DNA from: Reclinomonas americana ATCC 50394
Lineage: Eukaryota
Assembly: GCA_048213135.1 (NCBI GenBank)
Contig: PS015126.1
Span: 1 to 64,000, forward strand
DNA: 64,000 nucleotides
Direction of reading: 5' to 3'
Positions 38,487-52,463 of the stretch are shown here, in pieces. The notes under the pieces are model-generated. The model was not told the DNA's origin. It ran no database searches and saw nothing but the letters and a program-made list of their open reading frames with translations. Numbering within the stretch: position 1 is the stretch's first letter; the number at the start of each line of letters is the position of its first letter. The translations under genes and the position numbers were made by a program.

Positions 38487-41400
38487 TTAGTTCTTGAGGA
38501 AGCGGATGCCGCAGTAGGCGACCACTCTCATGAATGCAATCAGGGCAAACAGCACGCCAATGCAACCGCCGATGGTGATGTAGTCGTAGCCCTGGGCGCT
38601 AATCGTCTGCTCGCCCGATGTGACGGGGCATTGGCCCTTGGAGTTGAGCTGCGCCGGTGTGCAGTAGAGCTCGAGGCCGGAGAGCTCATTCAGGGCAAGA
38701 CCCACAAAGGCGTACTTGATGAAGCTCAGGGCGTCCTGCAAACAAGCAATAAGACGAGTGGACAGAGGGAGAGGGAGGAGGGTGGAAGGGAGAGTACGTA
38801 CCAGCCACACAAAGTACTTGGGCAGGAAGGCGGGTGCCAAGAAGAAACCGCCAAAGAGACGGGTAATCTGGGAGGGGTGGGGAGGAAAATGGTTAGCTTG
38901 TGCGTGATCTACTACTGCACTCAAAAATCTGGGCATCGCCGACGGTGACTGACAGAAAGGAGAGGAGATGGAGGAGGTGACAGGGAGGAAACGAGTGCAC
39001 ACGCATCAGCGTTGTGTTTGCGACAGAATTAAGGAATAGAGAGAGTGGGACGAGAGTCTATCTCTTACAAAACACAGGTGCAATGCAGGCTTCCCCTCTC
39101 CTCTCACCCATCACCCGCATCTCACCTCGAGCCACATCGGCAACACCGTAAGCGACTTCGTGGCCGTCTTGCACAACGCCGACACCATCAGCGCGAGTGA
39201 CGTGGCCGAAATCGTGCACAGCATCATGAACACCATAAAGACGAAGAACTTGCCGGCGTTGGGCTGCAGGCCCACCATCCAGTACACGATGCAGCTGAAG
39301 AGGATCTGCGGCCACCAATGTAAGCAGCCAGTGAGTGACACACAAACGTACACACAGAGTTCGACAATAAACATCAAATTCTACAAAGACTCGCTCATAC
39401 ACGCATCCACGAACACAACAATCACGGAGACAAACGATCCCACACACACATACACAAAAGCTCAACATATACAGCATCGCACACAAGCAAACACACAGCC
39501 CACCACTGGAACACGCACACACAAAAATCTTGCAGACTTATAGGATGCACGACAGACGAATCCACTTTCTCGCACACACAGTTCACATCAAACTAACACA
39601 CACACACACAGGTGGCCCCCACTCTTCGCTCTCTTCTCAACTGCCTTCGTTCTCACCTCCCCTTCCCCTTTTACCTTCCCTTCGCCTTCCACACACACAC
39701 ACACACACACGTGGCCCCCACTCTTCGCTCTCTTCCCATCCGCCTTCGTTCTCACCTACCCTTCCCCTTTTACCCTCCCTTCCCGTTCCACCCTCCCTTT
39801 CCCTTCTGCCTCCTTTTCCCCTCCACTCACCGGCTGAATGAGCTGCACGATAAACTCGACGACCATCTTGGCGCAAAAGTACGCACTGGCGCGATACGTA
39901 CCCGCCAGGCGTTCCCTCAACGACAGCACACGCTCCTCGGGGAACGAGTTGACCACCGACATGGAGCCGCACACTCCCTGGTTGACGCAGCAGAAGAAGA
40001 GCAGCGGAGCGCGGCGGCTGATGCTGCTCTGCGAGGTGCCGATTTGATAAAAGGCGCCGCCAATCAGCAGAGACATGATAATGTTCTGGATTGTGGCCAC
40101 AATGACGCTGCCGCGGTGTCGCCACTGCTCCTTCATGCAGCGCGTGGTCAGCGTGACAAACTGGCGCATCCATGAGGTGCGGTCGCGCTCCATCAGCGGC
40201 GCCACCTCATTGTCGTCGTCCAGGCCCATGCCACCGTCCTTGGAGGCCACGCCACCGTCGCCGTCGTGCGGTCGTTTGAGGTGGTCCTTGTTGCGTGACA
40301 GCGGCTTGATGGCCGGCCGCATGGGCAGCTCCAGCCCGCGATCCACATCGATCTCGCGATGTGGCAGCAGCGCGCGCAGGCGTTGGGCGTTCTCGTCGGC
40401 CTTTCTCCGCGCCTCGTCGGCGTCCACGGCGCGGTCCTCAATGGTGGCCGACACCACCTCCATGACGTGGTCGGCGGGGTTGTTGGCGGCGTTGGCAGGG
40501 AAGCCGGCCTCGGCGTAGTAGCGCAGAATGTCCTTTTGCGGGCCCCAGTAGATGGTTTGACCAAAGTTGAGGAGGAGGATGTCATCTGCGACAAGGGGAA
40601 AGGGGGATAAAAGGGAAAGGGTGAGGAGGGTGAAGGGAGAGGCAAAGTGGAAAGAGGGAGAGGGAAGAGAGGGAGGAGGGAAGACGGAAGAGGGGGGAGA
40701 GGGAGGGGAGGAGAAGGGAAATGGGAGAGGCAAGGGAGAGAGTGAGAGAGACCGTGCGTCGGAGAGAGAGAGAGAGAGACACGTGGTGGACGATGAGCGA
40801 CAATGACTATCACGAGACGGACTGAAGAGGTAGAGACGGACAAGAAGGAACGTGGATACCGAAAGGCACAAGACATGAAAATCGAAGAAAACAGAAGCCG
40901 CCTAGAACAGAGAAGACGTACGAACCGAAAAGAAGGACTTGACTCGCTTTAGACACGGAAGGCAAATGGCGAAAGCAAACGCAATGAGGTAGAGAAACAG
41001 AATACAAGACACTCCGCCCGAAGAGGAAAGAGAGGAATGCGAAAGAGAGAGAGAGAAACGAAGAGAATCAGAAAGAGAGAGAGCTAGAGAAAAAAAGAGA
41101 ATAAGAAAGAGAGAGAAAATGAGAACCAGTGAGAGCGAACAATAACATTCCGTCACCTCTGGCAAGACAACAGTTACAGCGAGATTAGTGATACAAATGT
41201 ACAGATAAAAAGACTAGGAAAGAGAGAGAATGCAAAGGCGAGAGAGAGAGAAAAACAGAAAATGAGGAAGTGAGAAACAGAGGGAATGCAACACAGAAAC
41301 AGAGAGAAAGACGACGGTGAACGCAAGCGTAACGACAAAAGATACAGAAAAGAGACTGTGTGAGAGAGAAGCAGAAAGAAGTCAAAAGAGATAGAGAAAG

Positions 41401-43655
41401 GAGCATGAGGAAGAACACATTTCCACCACCTCCGCCAAGACGACGGTGAAGGCCAGCGTGATGACACCAAAAAAGACAGGAAAGAGACTGTGCATGTGTG
41501 AGAGAAAGGGAGAGAATGAGGACGAACGCGCTTCTTCCCACCTCCACCAAGACCACATTGAACGCAAGCGTGATGACACACAGATACAGAAAAGAGACTG
41601 TGTGTGTGTGTGAGAGAGAGAAACAGAGAGAAGGCAAAAGCGAGAGAACAGAGAAAATGAGAAACAGAGAGAATGAGAAAGAGAGAGAGAGAGAAGGAAA
41701 AGAGAGAGAGAAGAACAAGAAAAACGAGGAAGTGAGAAACAGAGGGAATGCAATAGAGAAAAAAAGCATGAGGTAGAACACGTGCCCTCCACACCTCCGA
41801 CAAGACGACGGTGAACGCAAGCGTGACGACACAAAGATACGACCGTGTGGGAGAGAGAGAAAGAGAGAAAATGCTCGGTCGCCCTTCCCCTTGTCCTTTC
41901 CCTCTCTAATCCCTTGCCCTTTCCCCATTCGTGGCACTCACCAAACATGTCAAAAATCTTGCTCTGCGGCTGATGAATGGTGCACACAATGGTGCAAATG
42001 CGCGTGTCGGCAATCTTCTTGAGGTACGAGCACACCGACAGCGCCGTCACCGAGTCGAGACCCGTGGTCGGCTCGTCGAGGAAGAGGAGCGTCGGTCCGC
42101 ACAGCAGCTCAATGGCAATGGAGAGGCGCTTGCGCTCGCCACCCGAGATGCCGTCGGTGGACTCGCCGACAAGTGTGTTGCGAATGTTCTGCAGACCCAT
42201 TTGCTCAATGGCCCACTCGACGCGCTCGTCGAGAATCTCTTGCGGCGCCGAGCCGGGCAGGCGCAGGCGCGCCGTGTACTGCAGCGTCTCCTCCACCGTC
42301 AACTTGCCGTTGAGCAGATCCGCTTGCATCACGTAGCCGGCCATGATCTTGAGGTCGGCGAGGGTGTACGGGCGGCCGTTGAGACGCGTTTCGCCCTCAA
42401 ACGACACCATGTTGTCTTGGCGGCGGGCGAGGGCGTTGAGGAGAGTGGTCTTGCCGGAGCCACTCGGCCCCATAATGGCCAGGAAGCCGCCGGCGGCCTG
42501 GCCGGAGACGCCCGTGACGAGGATCTTGCGCTTGCCGCCGGCCTTGCGGGGTTGCGCGAAAATCACGAGGTCCTTCCAGGTGAGCACGCTGGGGACGGCG
42601 GAGTCGAGGCGGGTTTCGATGTCGGTGTGGTCGATCACGGGGTCTGCAGAATAGGGAAGGGAGGGAAGGGGGGAGTGAGGGAAAGGGGTAAAGGGCAAAG
42701 GAGGAGAGGAGAGGAGAAGGGAGGAGAGATGAGGAGAGAAGTGGATCAGAGGAGAGGAGCACAGGAGAGGAGCAGGAGAGGAGATGAGGAGAAGAGAGAA
42801 CAAAGGAGGAAGTGACGGAAAGCAGAGAGAAAGAAAAGAGAAGCAAAGAGGGAGAGAAGAGAAGAGTTGAGAAGAGACGAGGCACGGCGAGGAGCAAAGA
42901 CGAGGGGAGTAGTGTGGAGAGGAGAGGAGAGGAGAGGAGAGGAGAGGAGAGGAGAGGAGAGGAGAGGAGAGGAGCAAGAGCAGGAACAGGAGAGGAAAGG
43001 AGAGGAGAGGAAAGGAGAGGAGAGACGAAAGGAGAAGGGAAATGAAGTGAAAGAGAGAGAAAAGATGAGAAAAAGCGAGGCACTGCAGGAGAAGCGACGA
43101 GGAGTGGAGTGGAGTGGAGAGGAGTGGAGAGGAGAGGAGAGAAGAGAAAAGAAGAGAGAGGAGAGGAGAGGAGATGGAGGGAAGGGAAGAAGAGCAGCCA
43201 GAGCACAAGAAAGCAATGACAGATCGCAGAAAGACAACAGAGCGCGAGACTCGTTTGAGAGCGAAAGAGAGAGAGAGAGAGTGAAAGTGATGCAGTGAGG
43301 CTGCAAGAGTGTGCGCAAGACGTGAGAGAGCGAGCAGCAGAAAAAGAACAAGGGGCGCAGAGACAAAGGGTGCGCGCGCGCGACAACACCCCAATCGGTG
43401 CGCAAGAACCCGGAGACACACACACACACACGACTGATGCAGAGAGAAAAAGAGAAGAGAGAGGCGACATGGGAGACCGACAACAAAGCAAGTGCATTAC
43501 TTGCGGCCGCGTGCGCGTGTGACTGTGAGTGAGAGAGAGACAGAGTGATGCAGCAACTGTGAGTGCGCGCGCTCTTTCTCACCTCGTGTGTTGACACTGG
43601 CTCCGCGGTCGCGGCGACCAGGAGAGGGAATAGGCGACAGCTCAACGTCTGTCAT
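38487..43655 (-). CDS. ABCG (White-type) half transporter, NBD-TMD, 6 exons
   Basis: Walker A GPSGSGKTT, signature ISGGERKR, Walker B LLFLDEPTTGLDS, CTIHQP, NPADH, ABC2-type TMD (ER.L.LRER.AG.Y...Y; IVYWMVGLQ; LS.IKYAF.GLA.NEL); stop 38487-38489. Confidence 0.95.
41230..41860. repeat. Degenerate intronic repeats in ABCG intron 2
   Basis: Recurring AAGACGACGGTGAACGCAAGCGTGAtGACAc..GATACAGAAAAGAGACTGTG. Confidence 0.6.
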
Positions 43656-43951
43656 ATTGTGATTTCTGAGTGATGCAGCAAAAGTGAGCGACTGACGCAA
43701 CACACACACGATGAAAATCACGAGAGAGACAAAGAGCAGACGAGACCTTTATGTGTGTGTGCGTGTCAACGTGTGCGGGGGTGGAGAAGGAGAAGGCGCT
43801 GAGCGATTCTTGCTTTGTGGCAGTTGCGTTGTCTTCTCTCTGCAGACGCGCAACAAAACAATTGGACTTTTCTTGTCTAGAAGCCAATTGGAGTGTGCGC
43901 CCAGTGCGCGCGCTGTGCGCAACGCGGAAGTCACGCTCTCTCTCTGGTGAT

Positions 43952-43994
<43 letters not shown>

Positions 43995-44501
43995 AGAGTG
44001 TGCGCACGCAGACTGGGCTGTGAAGAGCGAGAGAGGGCAGAGGCGACACACGCGCGCAAGCGAGAGTGATATCCGAATGCAGAAAGCATCTTTTTTGGCG
44101 ATCAGTGGCGCTTGTATGCATGCGTGCGTGGGTGCGTGAGCGAAGGAGTGAGAAAGAGAGTGAGTGGGTGAGAGAGGCACAGTCATCGCGATCGACTCGC
44201 CGCTTTTGGCAGGAAGCAATTGCACTGTAGTGTCTGCGTTTTCGATACGGGTCAGCTGGCCCGGCAACTGTGGAGTGAGAGAGGAGCAACCGCTTTCCCA
44301 TCTCTTGCTGCACTGTGTGCCCTGACCAGGGGTTCAACATCAATAGCGATGGACGTCCACGATTTCTGGTGCTGGCCGGCCTGGTGGCTGCGTGACTGGA
44401 AACAAGGAGAGACTTGTTGCTGAACCCTTGTCGCTCTTCGATTGTATTCCCTTCCCCACCATCGCATACTTTGCCCCTTGGCCTCCATCCCCCACTGTGA
44501 A

Positions 44502-45551
44502 TCACAACTCCGCCGAGCGTGCAGCAGCAGCGATGCGGAGCTCCTCGGCACGGAGACCCAATTCGCGCTGGCTATTCGCCTGCGACTTCTTCTCGCACGC
44601 CGAGTAGCACTGCTGGTGCCACACCTCGGCGGCCTCGGTCTGCGCCGCCTGATTCAGCTCCACCTCGTCGATGCACTTGGCGTGGGGGAGCGGCGACACG
44701 TCGCGAGATTGGTGGGCGTGCTGGCAGGCGGCACGGGCGTCCTGCGTCGCGGTGGAGCTCTGCTCGATCGAGTGCGCGAACGTGGTGTCGCACTCGTTCA
44801 GGCAGCTGTTGAAGACGCCTGCGCACACTAGAGTGAGCGTGCGAGAAGAGGGGAAGGGGACGTGAGTGCGATCGCAACTGGAGCTGGCAGTGGTGGTGGC
44901 CTGCTCGGTGACTTGGTGCACCGAGTTGGTGATGCCGCATGACGAAATGCAGCTGCGAGGAGGAGGTTAGAGAGAAGGGAGGAAGGGAGGCGAAGGGTAA
45001 GGACGAGAAAGACGAGAGGAGGAGACGAGAGGGGAGGGAAGGGAGGGAGGGACGAGAGGGGGAGACGGGAGCGGGAGGGAGACGGGAGGGGAGACGAGAG
45101 GGGGAGACGGGAGGGGAGACGGAGCGGGAGACGGGAGACGGGAGGGAGACGGGAGGGGANNNNNNNNNNNNNNNNNNNNGTGTGTGTGTGTGTGTGTGAG
45201 TGCGTGTGCAGTGTGTGTGTGCAGTGTGAGGTCAGCGCAACGACTGCAGAGACACAGGCTGAGAGGCGCACGAGCTGAACGCCAACTCCGCGCGTTCCAG
45301 ACACGCATGTCGCACACCACTGCGCGCGACGCGCTCACACTCCACAGAGGCCTCCGTGAAGGCACTCACACACGAGACCTCCGCCTCACCAGCTGCACAC
45401 ATATAAAAGCGGAAGTTTTAAATACCGCCCCTAGGCCTGTACACAGCACGCTCACGTACTTACCGACGGATTGGTCGCCGCTGCTGGCACGTACAGCGGC
45501 CACCAGCACAACAATGACGAGTGTAAGCAGAATGACTCGAGACTGCAGCAT
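44502..45551 (-). CDS. Small secreted cysteine-rich, predicted helical protein of unknown family
   Basis: Signal peptide MLQSRVILLTLVIVVLVAAVRA, intron G|GTAAGT...GCAG|, exons with spaced Cys (SCVSAF...ECE...ACLE...SC; CISSC; SCLNEC...ACQ...CID...CYSACE), stop at 44502. Confidence 0.55.
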
Positions 45552-45993
45552 TTATTCGCTCCTCCGGAGTGTAGTAAGTGCGGTGTTTTATCGGTCGGAC
45601 AACTTCTCACACTCGGAAAAACTCTGCTTTTTTTCAGTTGCACTCGACAAGGTGAGCGGCCTGTGTGTGTGCCTCTGTGTGCATCACCTCACTCATTCAA
45701 CTGCACATGTCGTGTCTGCGTGCATCGCTCTCTCTCTTGCACTGTTCTTCATTTGTGTTTTGTTGTCTTGGTTTCTCTCTCTCTCTCGCACTTGCTGCAC
45801 ACGCACTGTTCCTCGCATGTGTTGTTGTGGGTTCTCTATATCTCTCTCTCACACACACACCAACATACACACGTGCTGCACACTGTTCCTCATTTGTGTT
45901 TGTTGTTTGATTTCTCTCTTTAACACACTCACTCTTTCTTCCTATCTCTCTCTCACTTGCTGCACACGCACTGTTCCTCATTTGTGCTTGTTG

Positions 45994-46042
<49 letters not shown>

Positions 46043-46479
46043 NNNNNNNNNNNNNNNNNNNNNNNNNNNNNNNNNNNNNNNNNNNNNNNNNNNNNNNNNN
46101 NNNNNNNNNNNNNNNNNNNNNNNNNNNNNNNNNNNNNNNNNNNNNNNNNNNNNNNNNNNNNNNNNNNNNNNNNNNNNNNNNNNNNNNNNNNNNNNNNNNN
46201 NGGGAGAGCGAGAGGGGAGAGAGAGCAAGGAGAGCGAGAGGGGGAGAGCGAGAGGGGAGACGAGAGGCGAGAGCGAGAGGGGAGACGAGATGGGAGAGCG
46301 AGAGGGGAGACGAGAGGAGAGACAAGAGAGAAGAAAAGGAGAGGAGAGATATAGGGAGACGGAAGGGAGACGGAGGACAATGAGGTGTAGGCAGGAAGAC
46401 TTGCAGAGGCAGTCGGACGAGGGGAGGGAAGCAGAGAGAAGCACGTGATGCGGAAGAAAAAAGTGGGGAAATGAGTGGA

Positions 46480-46776
46480 GACTGACGGAGACTGCGAGAA
46501 CGACTTGCAGAGAGAACCAAGCGAGAGCGCATCACACCTTCCACGCGTGCCATCGATGCGCTTGTTGCACAGCGACTCAACGGCCTCTGCGCGACGCAGG
46601 CAGCCCTTGGTCAGCATGTACTTGGTGGGCTCCGGATCGTTGGTGGCATGGCACCAGTCCCAGTCACGCGCACGACGCGACTCGCACGCATACTTGTGCG
46701 TCTGAGACACGTCAACGCACGCACTCTCGCACAACAGAGCAGCATGATCGTCGCTGACAGCAAGTGGCTGGAATCT
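46480..46776 (-). CDS. Isolated Cys-rich coding exon (LCESACVD...ACE...WC...GC...LC...RC), gene ends lost in flanking gaps
   Basis: Complex, coding-like island between microsatellites; Cys spacing resembles the downstream secreted protein. Confidence 0.4.
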
Positions 46777-47012
46777 GTGATCGGAAAATTAGGAATGCGA
46801 AGACAATGAAGAGGAGAGAGAGAGAGAGAGTGCGACTGTGTGTGTGTGTATGTGTGTGTGTGTATGTGTGTATGTGTGTGTAGTAAAGTGTGCGTGCATG
46901 TGAGTGTGTGAGTGCGATTGCATGCGTATGTATGTGCGAGTGTGGGTGCAGTGCGTGTGAGTGAGTGAGAGAGAGAGAGAGAGAGAGAGAGANNNNNNNN
47001 NNNNNNNNNNNN

Positions 47013-47307
<295 letters not shown>

Positions 47308-47928
47308 TGCACCCACAATCTAGTTCTCGTCCCTTGTGGTCTCCCTTGTCTCTTTGTCTGTTCTCTCTCTATGCGCCTTCAACCGTGTTTTTGTCCCTCT
47401 CATTGCTGAACTTCTCTTTCCCTTGTCTCTCCGTCTCTATGTTTTCTCCTTCTGAACCACCCTCCACGCTTGGTCTGTCCTTCTTGTTGTTGGGCACACT
47501 CTCCCTCCTTCCCTCTCTCCTTGTCTCTCTGCTCAGTCTTTCTGTCCCTCCTCGTCTTTCTGTGCACTTGAATATTGTTCTTGTCCGTCTTATGAACTTC
47601 TCAGTTCGCCTACTCTCTCTGTCTCTCATTCAGCGCCCTTTTCTCTTGTTCTTCTCCTTGTTGTTGAACTTCTTTCTTTGCCTTCTCTTCTCTCTTGTTT
47701 CTGCTCTCTCTCTTTCTCTCACCTTGTCCCTCTATAATTTACACCTCTTTCTTTCTGCACCTGTCATGTTGTTCTTGCCGGTTTTTGAACTGCTTTTTTC
47801 CGTTGTGCTCTCCGTTGTGCTTGCTCCTCGTCTCTCCGTCTCTCTCACTCTAGTTGTGCGTCCTTCTCTCTTGAGCTTGTCCCTCTTGTTGTTGACCTTT
47901 TCCCTTCGCCTTTCTCTGTCTCTTCTTG

Positions 47929-47974
<46 letters not shown>

Positions 47975-48119
47975 AACTCTGTCTCCTTGTGCTCCCTTAA
48001 GTCTTGTTCTTGTCCCTCTTGTTGTTGACATTCTCTCTCTCTCTCTCCCCTCCCTTTCCTCTCCCCTCCCTCTCCCTTCTCTTTTCCCTCCTTCCCCTCC
48101 CTTACCCCCTTCCCCCCCA

Positions 48120-51100
48120 AAGTGTCGCCCTCCACCCTTTCCCTCCCGGCTGGCCTGTCGGTGGCCACATCGCAAAGCGTCGACCTCACCTTCACCCCGG
48201 CGGCCACCACCGCCGGCGTGCTCAACGTGTACAAGAAGTCCACGTGCGCGGACCTCGCGCCCACCACGCTGGTGTACACGGCCGCCAATGCTGCCGTCAT
48301 CAACGTACAGATTGTGACCACGCTGGAGACCGCCAGTGCCACGCGCTACTTGTGCTTTGATTCGGACGGTGCCGGCCCGCTGGCCAGCCAGAAAGTGGCC
48401 ACGATTTACATTTGTTGCGTGCTTCCCTTGTCCGCCCGTAGCAAGTCCTTGCCCTGACCTACGCCCGCAGACACCAAGTCCGACTTGAGCACCTCTGTGC
48501 TGGCACTCGGCCTCTCCGCCTTCCCCGTGACGATCACCGGTCAGAACTTTGGCCTGCCGTCGACTGCCAGCTTCTTCCTGTCGGCGGCGAGCACGTGCGC
48601 GGCACCGTTGGCCAACACCGCCGTCTCGTACGCCAGTGTCTCTGCCTCCACGCTCATTCGTCTCACCATCTCCACCGCCTCGTCGTTCGGCCTGGCCTCC
48701 ACTCAGGCGGCCGCCAGTGGCATGGGGGCTTGCACGCTCGCCGCCGCCGGTCCTGCGTACCTCTGCGGAACGTTGCGTCCTCCGTGTCATCCTTTTTTGT
48801 CACCCTGCGCGGTCACTGATTCGGTACCGGTGGTGCAGGTTCCAGACGACGACTGCCTTTGTCAACATTTCTTTCGGCACCATCACCCTCACGCCTTCCA
48901 ATGCCAGCGATGTCGGCTTTGTCAACAGCACGCTCGTGCAGCTCGGCACGCCGCAGACGCTGACGATTGGTGATGCCAATCTGTCCCTCAACCAGTGCAC
49001 GCGCTTCAAGGTTGTTCGTTTGGGTGATAGCTGCTCGTCGGATGCCAGTTGCGGAAAAAGAGAGAAGGGAGAAAGGGGGAGAAAGGGGGAGAAAGGGGAG
49101 AAGAAGGAGGAGAANNNNNNNNNNNNNNNNNNNNNNNNNNNNNNNNNNNNNNNNNNNNNNNNNNNNNNNNNNNNNNNNNNNNNNNNNNNNNNNNNNNNNN
49201 NNNNNNNNNNNNNNNNNNNNNNNNNNNNNNNNNNNNNNNNNNNNNNNNNNNNNNNNNNNNNNNNNNNNNNNNNNNNNNNNNNGAGAAGGGAGAAGGGAGA
49301 AGGAGGGAGAAGGGAGAAGGGAGAAGGGAGAAGGGGGAGAAAGGGGGAGAAAGAGAAGGAGGGAGAAAGGGAGAACGACTCGAAAAGAGAGGCGAGGGAG
49401 CGAGAAAGCGAGGCAGAGGTGAAGAGAGTGAGCCGTAAAGAGCGGACTTCCCTGGATATGGCAGGTGGAATGAACAAGAGGGAGTGATTTACAAGAGAGA
49501 GGACGAGAGGATGAAGGGAGGAGGAAGAAAGAGGAGAGCGACAAAGTGAACGCAGAGAGAGAAAAGAGATCGAGCGAGTGAGAGAGAAAGAGATGTAGAG
49601 AGTGAGCAGAAACGAGCGGACTCAACCGTGGCGAGCACGTGGGAGAGAGGAGGCTTGGGTTCAACGAAAGGGGTTGGGTCTGAAGACTAGAGAGACGGAA
49701 CAAGACAGAGACAGAGAGGGGGAGAGAGAGAGAGAGTTTGTTGGAGTAAACAAGAGTATGTGATACCAAGTGAAGAGGAAGAATGGAGGAAGAGAGGAAG
49801 AGGAGCTGTGTTGAGAAGGAGAGAAGAGCAGAAAGACGAGAGATCGCTGTTCTTCACAAGCTGCTGATCAAAGTGATATACGAAAAGAGAGAGAGAGAGA
49901 CAGCAAGACTGTATGTGCGAGAATGAGCAAGAGAAAATGGAAAAGAAAAATAAGAGAAGAGAGAGAAGCGAGAGATTGTCGTTCACTTCCCAGCGAGTGA
50001 AGAGACCAATTCCTTCGATTTCATTCCCTCTCTTCTCCTCCGTCACTTCTCAACTTCCGCCAAACGCTTGCTTATCCCTCTCGATTTTCTTCCTCACTGC
50101 ATACATGTCCTCATACCACTCTGCCCTGCACTCCTCCAGCTTTCTCGCAGTGTCGCCATTTGTTGTTTTCCACTTTCGTCTCCTCCTTCTTTCTCTATCG
50201 TTTTATCGCGCTCCTTTCCACTGCTGCATATCCTTTCTCGCTGCATCCTCTCCCCTTACACTCTCTCTGTTCCCCTTCTCCTGTAAGCACAGGCTCTTTC
50301 GCGACGGTCGACTCCTTCTCCGCCACCTCCGCTGCCTCGCTGTGCAACTTTAGCACCGGCTGCAACTTCTACACCGTCAAGGTGACAACGCTGCAGGCTG
50401 CCTCGCTGCGCTTCTGCATCTCCCAAAATGCCGGCGCGTGGGTGGCGATTCCGGGTAACACTGGCGTCACCGGCATTCCGTCGGCGCAGGGCACCGTCAG
50501 CACGCCGGCAATCGTTTCGTGCATGGCTGTGTTGCTGCTATTCTCACCATCGCTGACGTCTTGTGTCTCAGTTCCTCACGGCACCGACGCCCAACACTGT
50601 GCGCACCGCCACCATCCCGATCACATACTCGCAGCCCTTCAACAGCGTGCCCCGACTCCTCTTCGGTCTCGCGTCGTACACGGGTGTCTCGCTCAGCGGC
50701 GCTGTCGCTGTCGACACCAACTTTTGGTGCTCGATTGCGACGTCCATGACGTCGACGACGGGAGCCACCCTCTCTTGCAGCTCTGCGGGCACTGCCGTCA
50801 GCAGCTCGTCGATTCGTTGCGTGCGTGGGTGACTCGAGTAATCCAGCAACGCACTCTCTCTTCTCGTATCTCACCAAAGACATTGTCGCGCAGAGTACCT
50901 GGCGGTCGCACAGACGAGCAGCATGGTCGGCGCCAATGGCCTGGTGATCAGCTCCAATGACAGCGCGTGGACCTCGACTTCTTCGACCAAGAGCAGCACT
51001 CTGGTTCGTGTCTCCGATTCGGCGCCTTCGACTTTTTCATGTCCGCCGCTAACTCTTGCGGGAGCACAGACGTCGTCGATCAGCCTTGTCGGCACGTACC

Positions 51101-52463
51101 CGCTGAAGGCGTCAGTGGCCTTTGCACTGTGCGGCGTGCAGACACTGCGTGCCGGCAACACGCCGACGGACTACCGTCCCGACACATTCTCCACCTCGTA
51201 CACGCCGTCGACGTCGGCCGTCTCTCTGTCCACCCTTGTCAGCGGCAGCTCGCGTGTCAGCCAGCTGCGCTACTCGTATGTCGCTGGGTCTGGGTTGATC
51301 GACGCGACGAACAACGCCAGTGGATATGTGGTGTATGCTGGACGTGCGTCGTGGGGGGAAGGAGGGGGGAGAGGGGGAGAGGGAGAGAGAGGAGAGGGGA
51401 AGAAGGGGAGGGAGGTGGGAGGAGAGGGAGAGGGAGAGGGAGAGGGAGCATGAGAAGAGATTGACAGGCGGAATGAGGGTCAAGATGGAGAAGGGACTGA
51501 GAATGAGAATGAGAATGAGAATGAGAGGGAGGAGAGGATGGAGAAGGAAAGCGGCAGCAAGAGAAATGAGACCTGGTGGCAGGGAGTGGACCAAGAAGAA
51601 AGAAAGGAGGAGAGGATGGAGAAGGAAAATAGCGACGAGAGAAAATGAGACTTGGTGGATTAAGAAGAAGGAGAGGGAGGAGAGGGTGAGAAAGCAGCGG
51701 CGGGAGAAAATGAGAATTGGTGGCAGGGAGTGGACCAAGAAGAAATAGAGAGGGAGGAGAGGATGGAGAAGGAAAGCAGCGGCGAGAGAAAATGAGAATA
51801 AGTGGCAGGGAGTGGATTAAGAAGAAGAAGGAGAGGGAGGAGAAGATGGAGAAGGAAAGAAGCGGCAAGAGAATTGAGAATTGGTGGCAGAAAGTGGACT
51901 TAGATGAAGAAAGAGTGGGAGATGTAGGACGGGAAGGAGAGAGCATGATGTTGATAGATTGGAACGTTCACTGGTCCATCTCCCTATTTCTTCTTGGTCC
52001 ACTCCCTGTCACCAAGTCTCATTTCTCTCGCCGCTGCTTTCTTCTCCGTTCTCTCATCCCTCTTATTCTCCTTCACATTCTCATCTCATTCTCCTTCTCC
52101 CTCTCTCGCGCTTCAATTTTCCTTCTCTTTCTGACGCACTTCTATGCTTTCCCTCAACTCTCTTCTCTCTCTCTATCCTCCCTCTCTCCCCTCCCAGCGG
52201 CCTCGGGCTCCGGCGCTGTGTCGGTCGCCTTTACCAGCGCCAATCCCGCCTTCACCCCGCTGCGCCCGCTCGGCTTCCAGGCCGCCGTCTTCCTCAAGGA
52301 CTACAACTCGGGCACGGTGACCAGCACCATTAGTGTCAGTGTGGGCGGTCTCGGGCAGACCACCAATGGTGCCGGCAACTACACGGGACTGACGTTTACG
52401 ATTTCAGCGCCGATGGGTGGGTCGGCCAGTGCCTCGTGGATTGCGATTGGTCGGCCGGCGTGA
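48120..52463 (+). CDS. Extracellular Ser/Thr/Ala-rich beta-rich protein ending in three H-type-lectin/gp53-like repeats; 5' end not identified
   Basis: In-frame chain of exons (approx. 48122-48413, 48471-48771, 48839-49047, 50293-50513, 50572-50815, 50894-51343, 52198-52463); repeats end ...QYLAV, ...RYSYVAG, ...SWIAIGRPA*. Confidence 0.6.
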
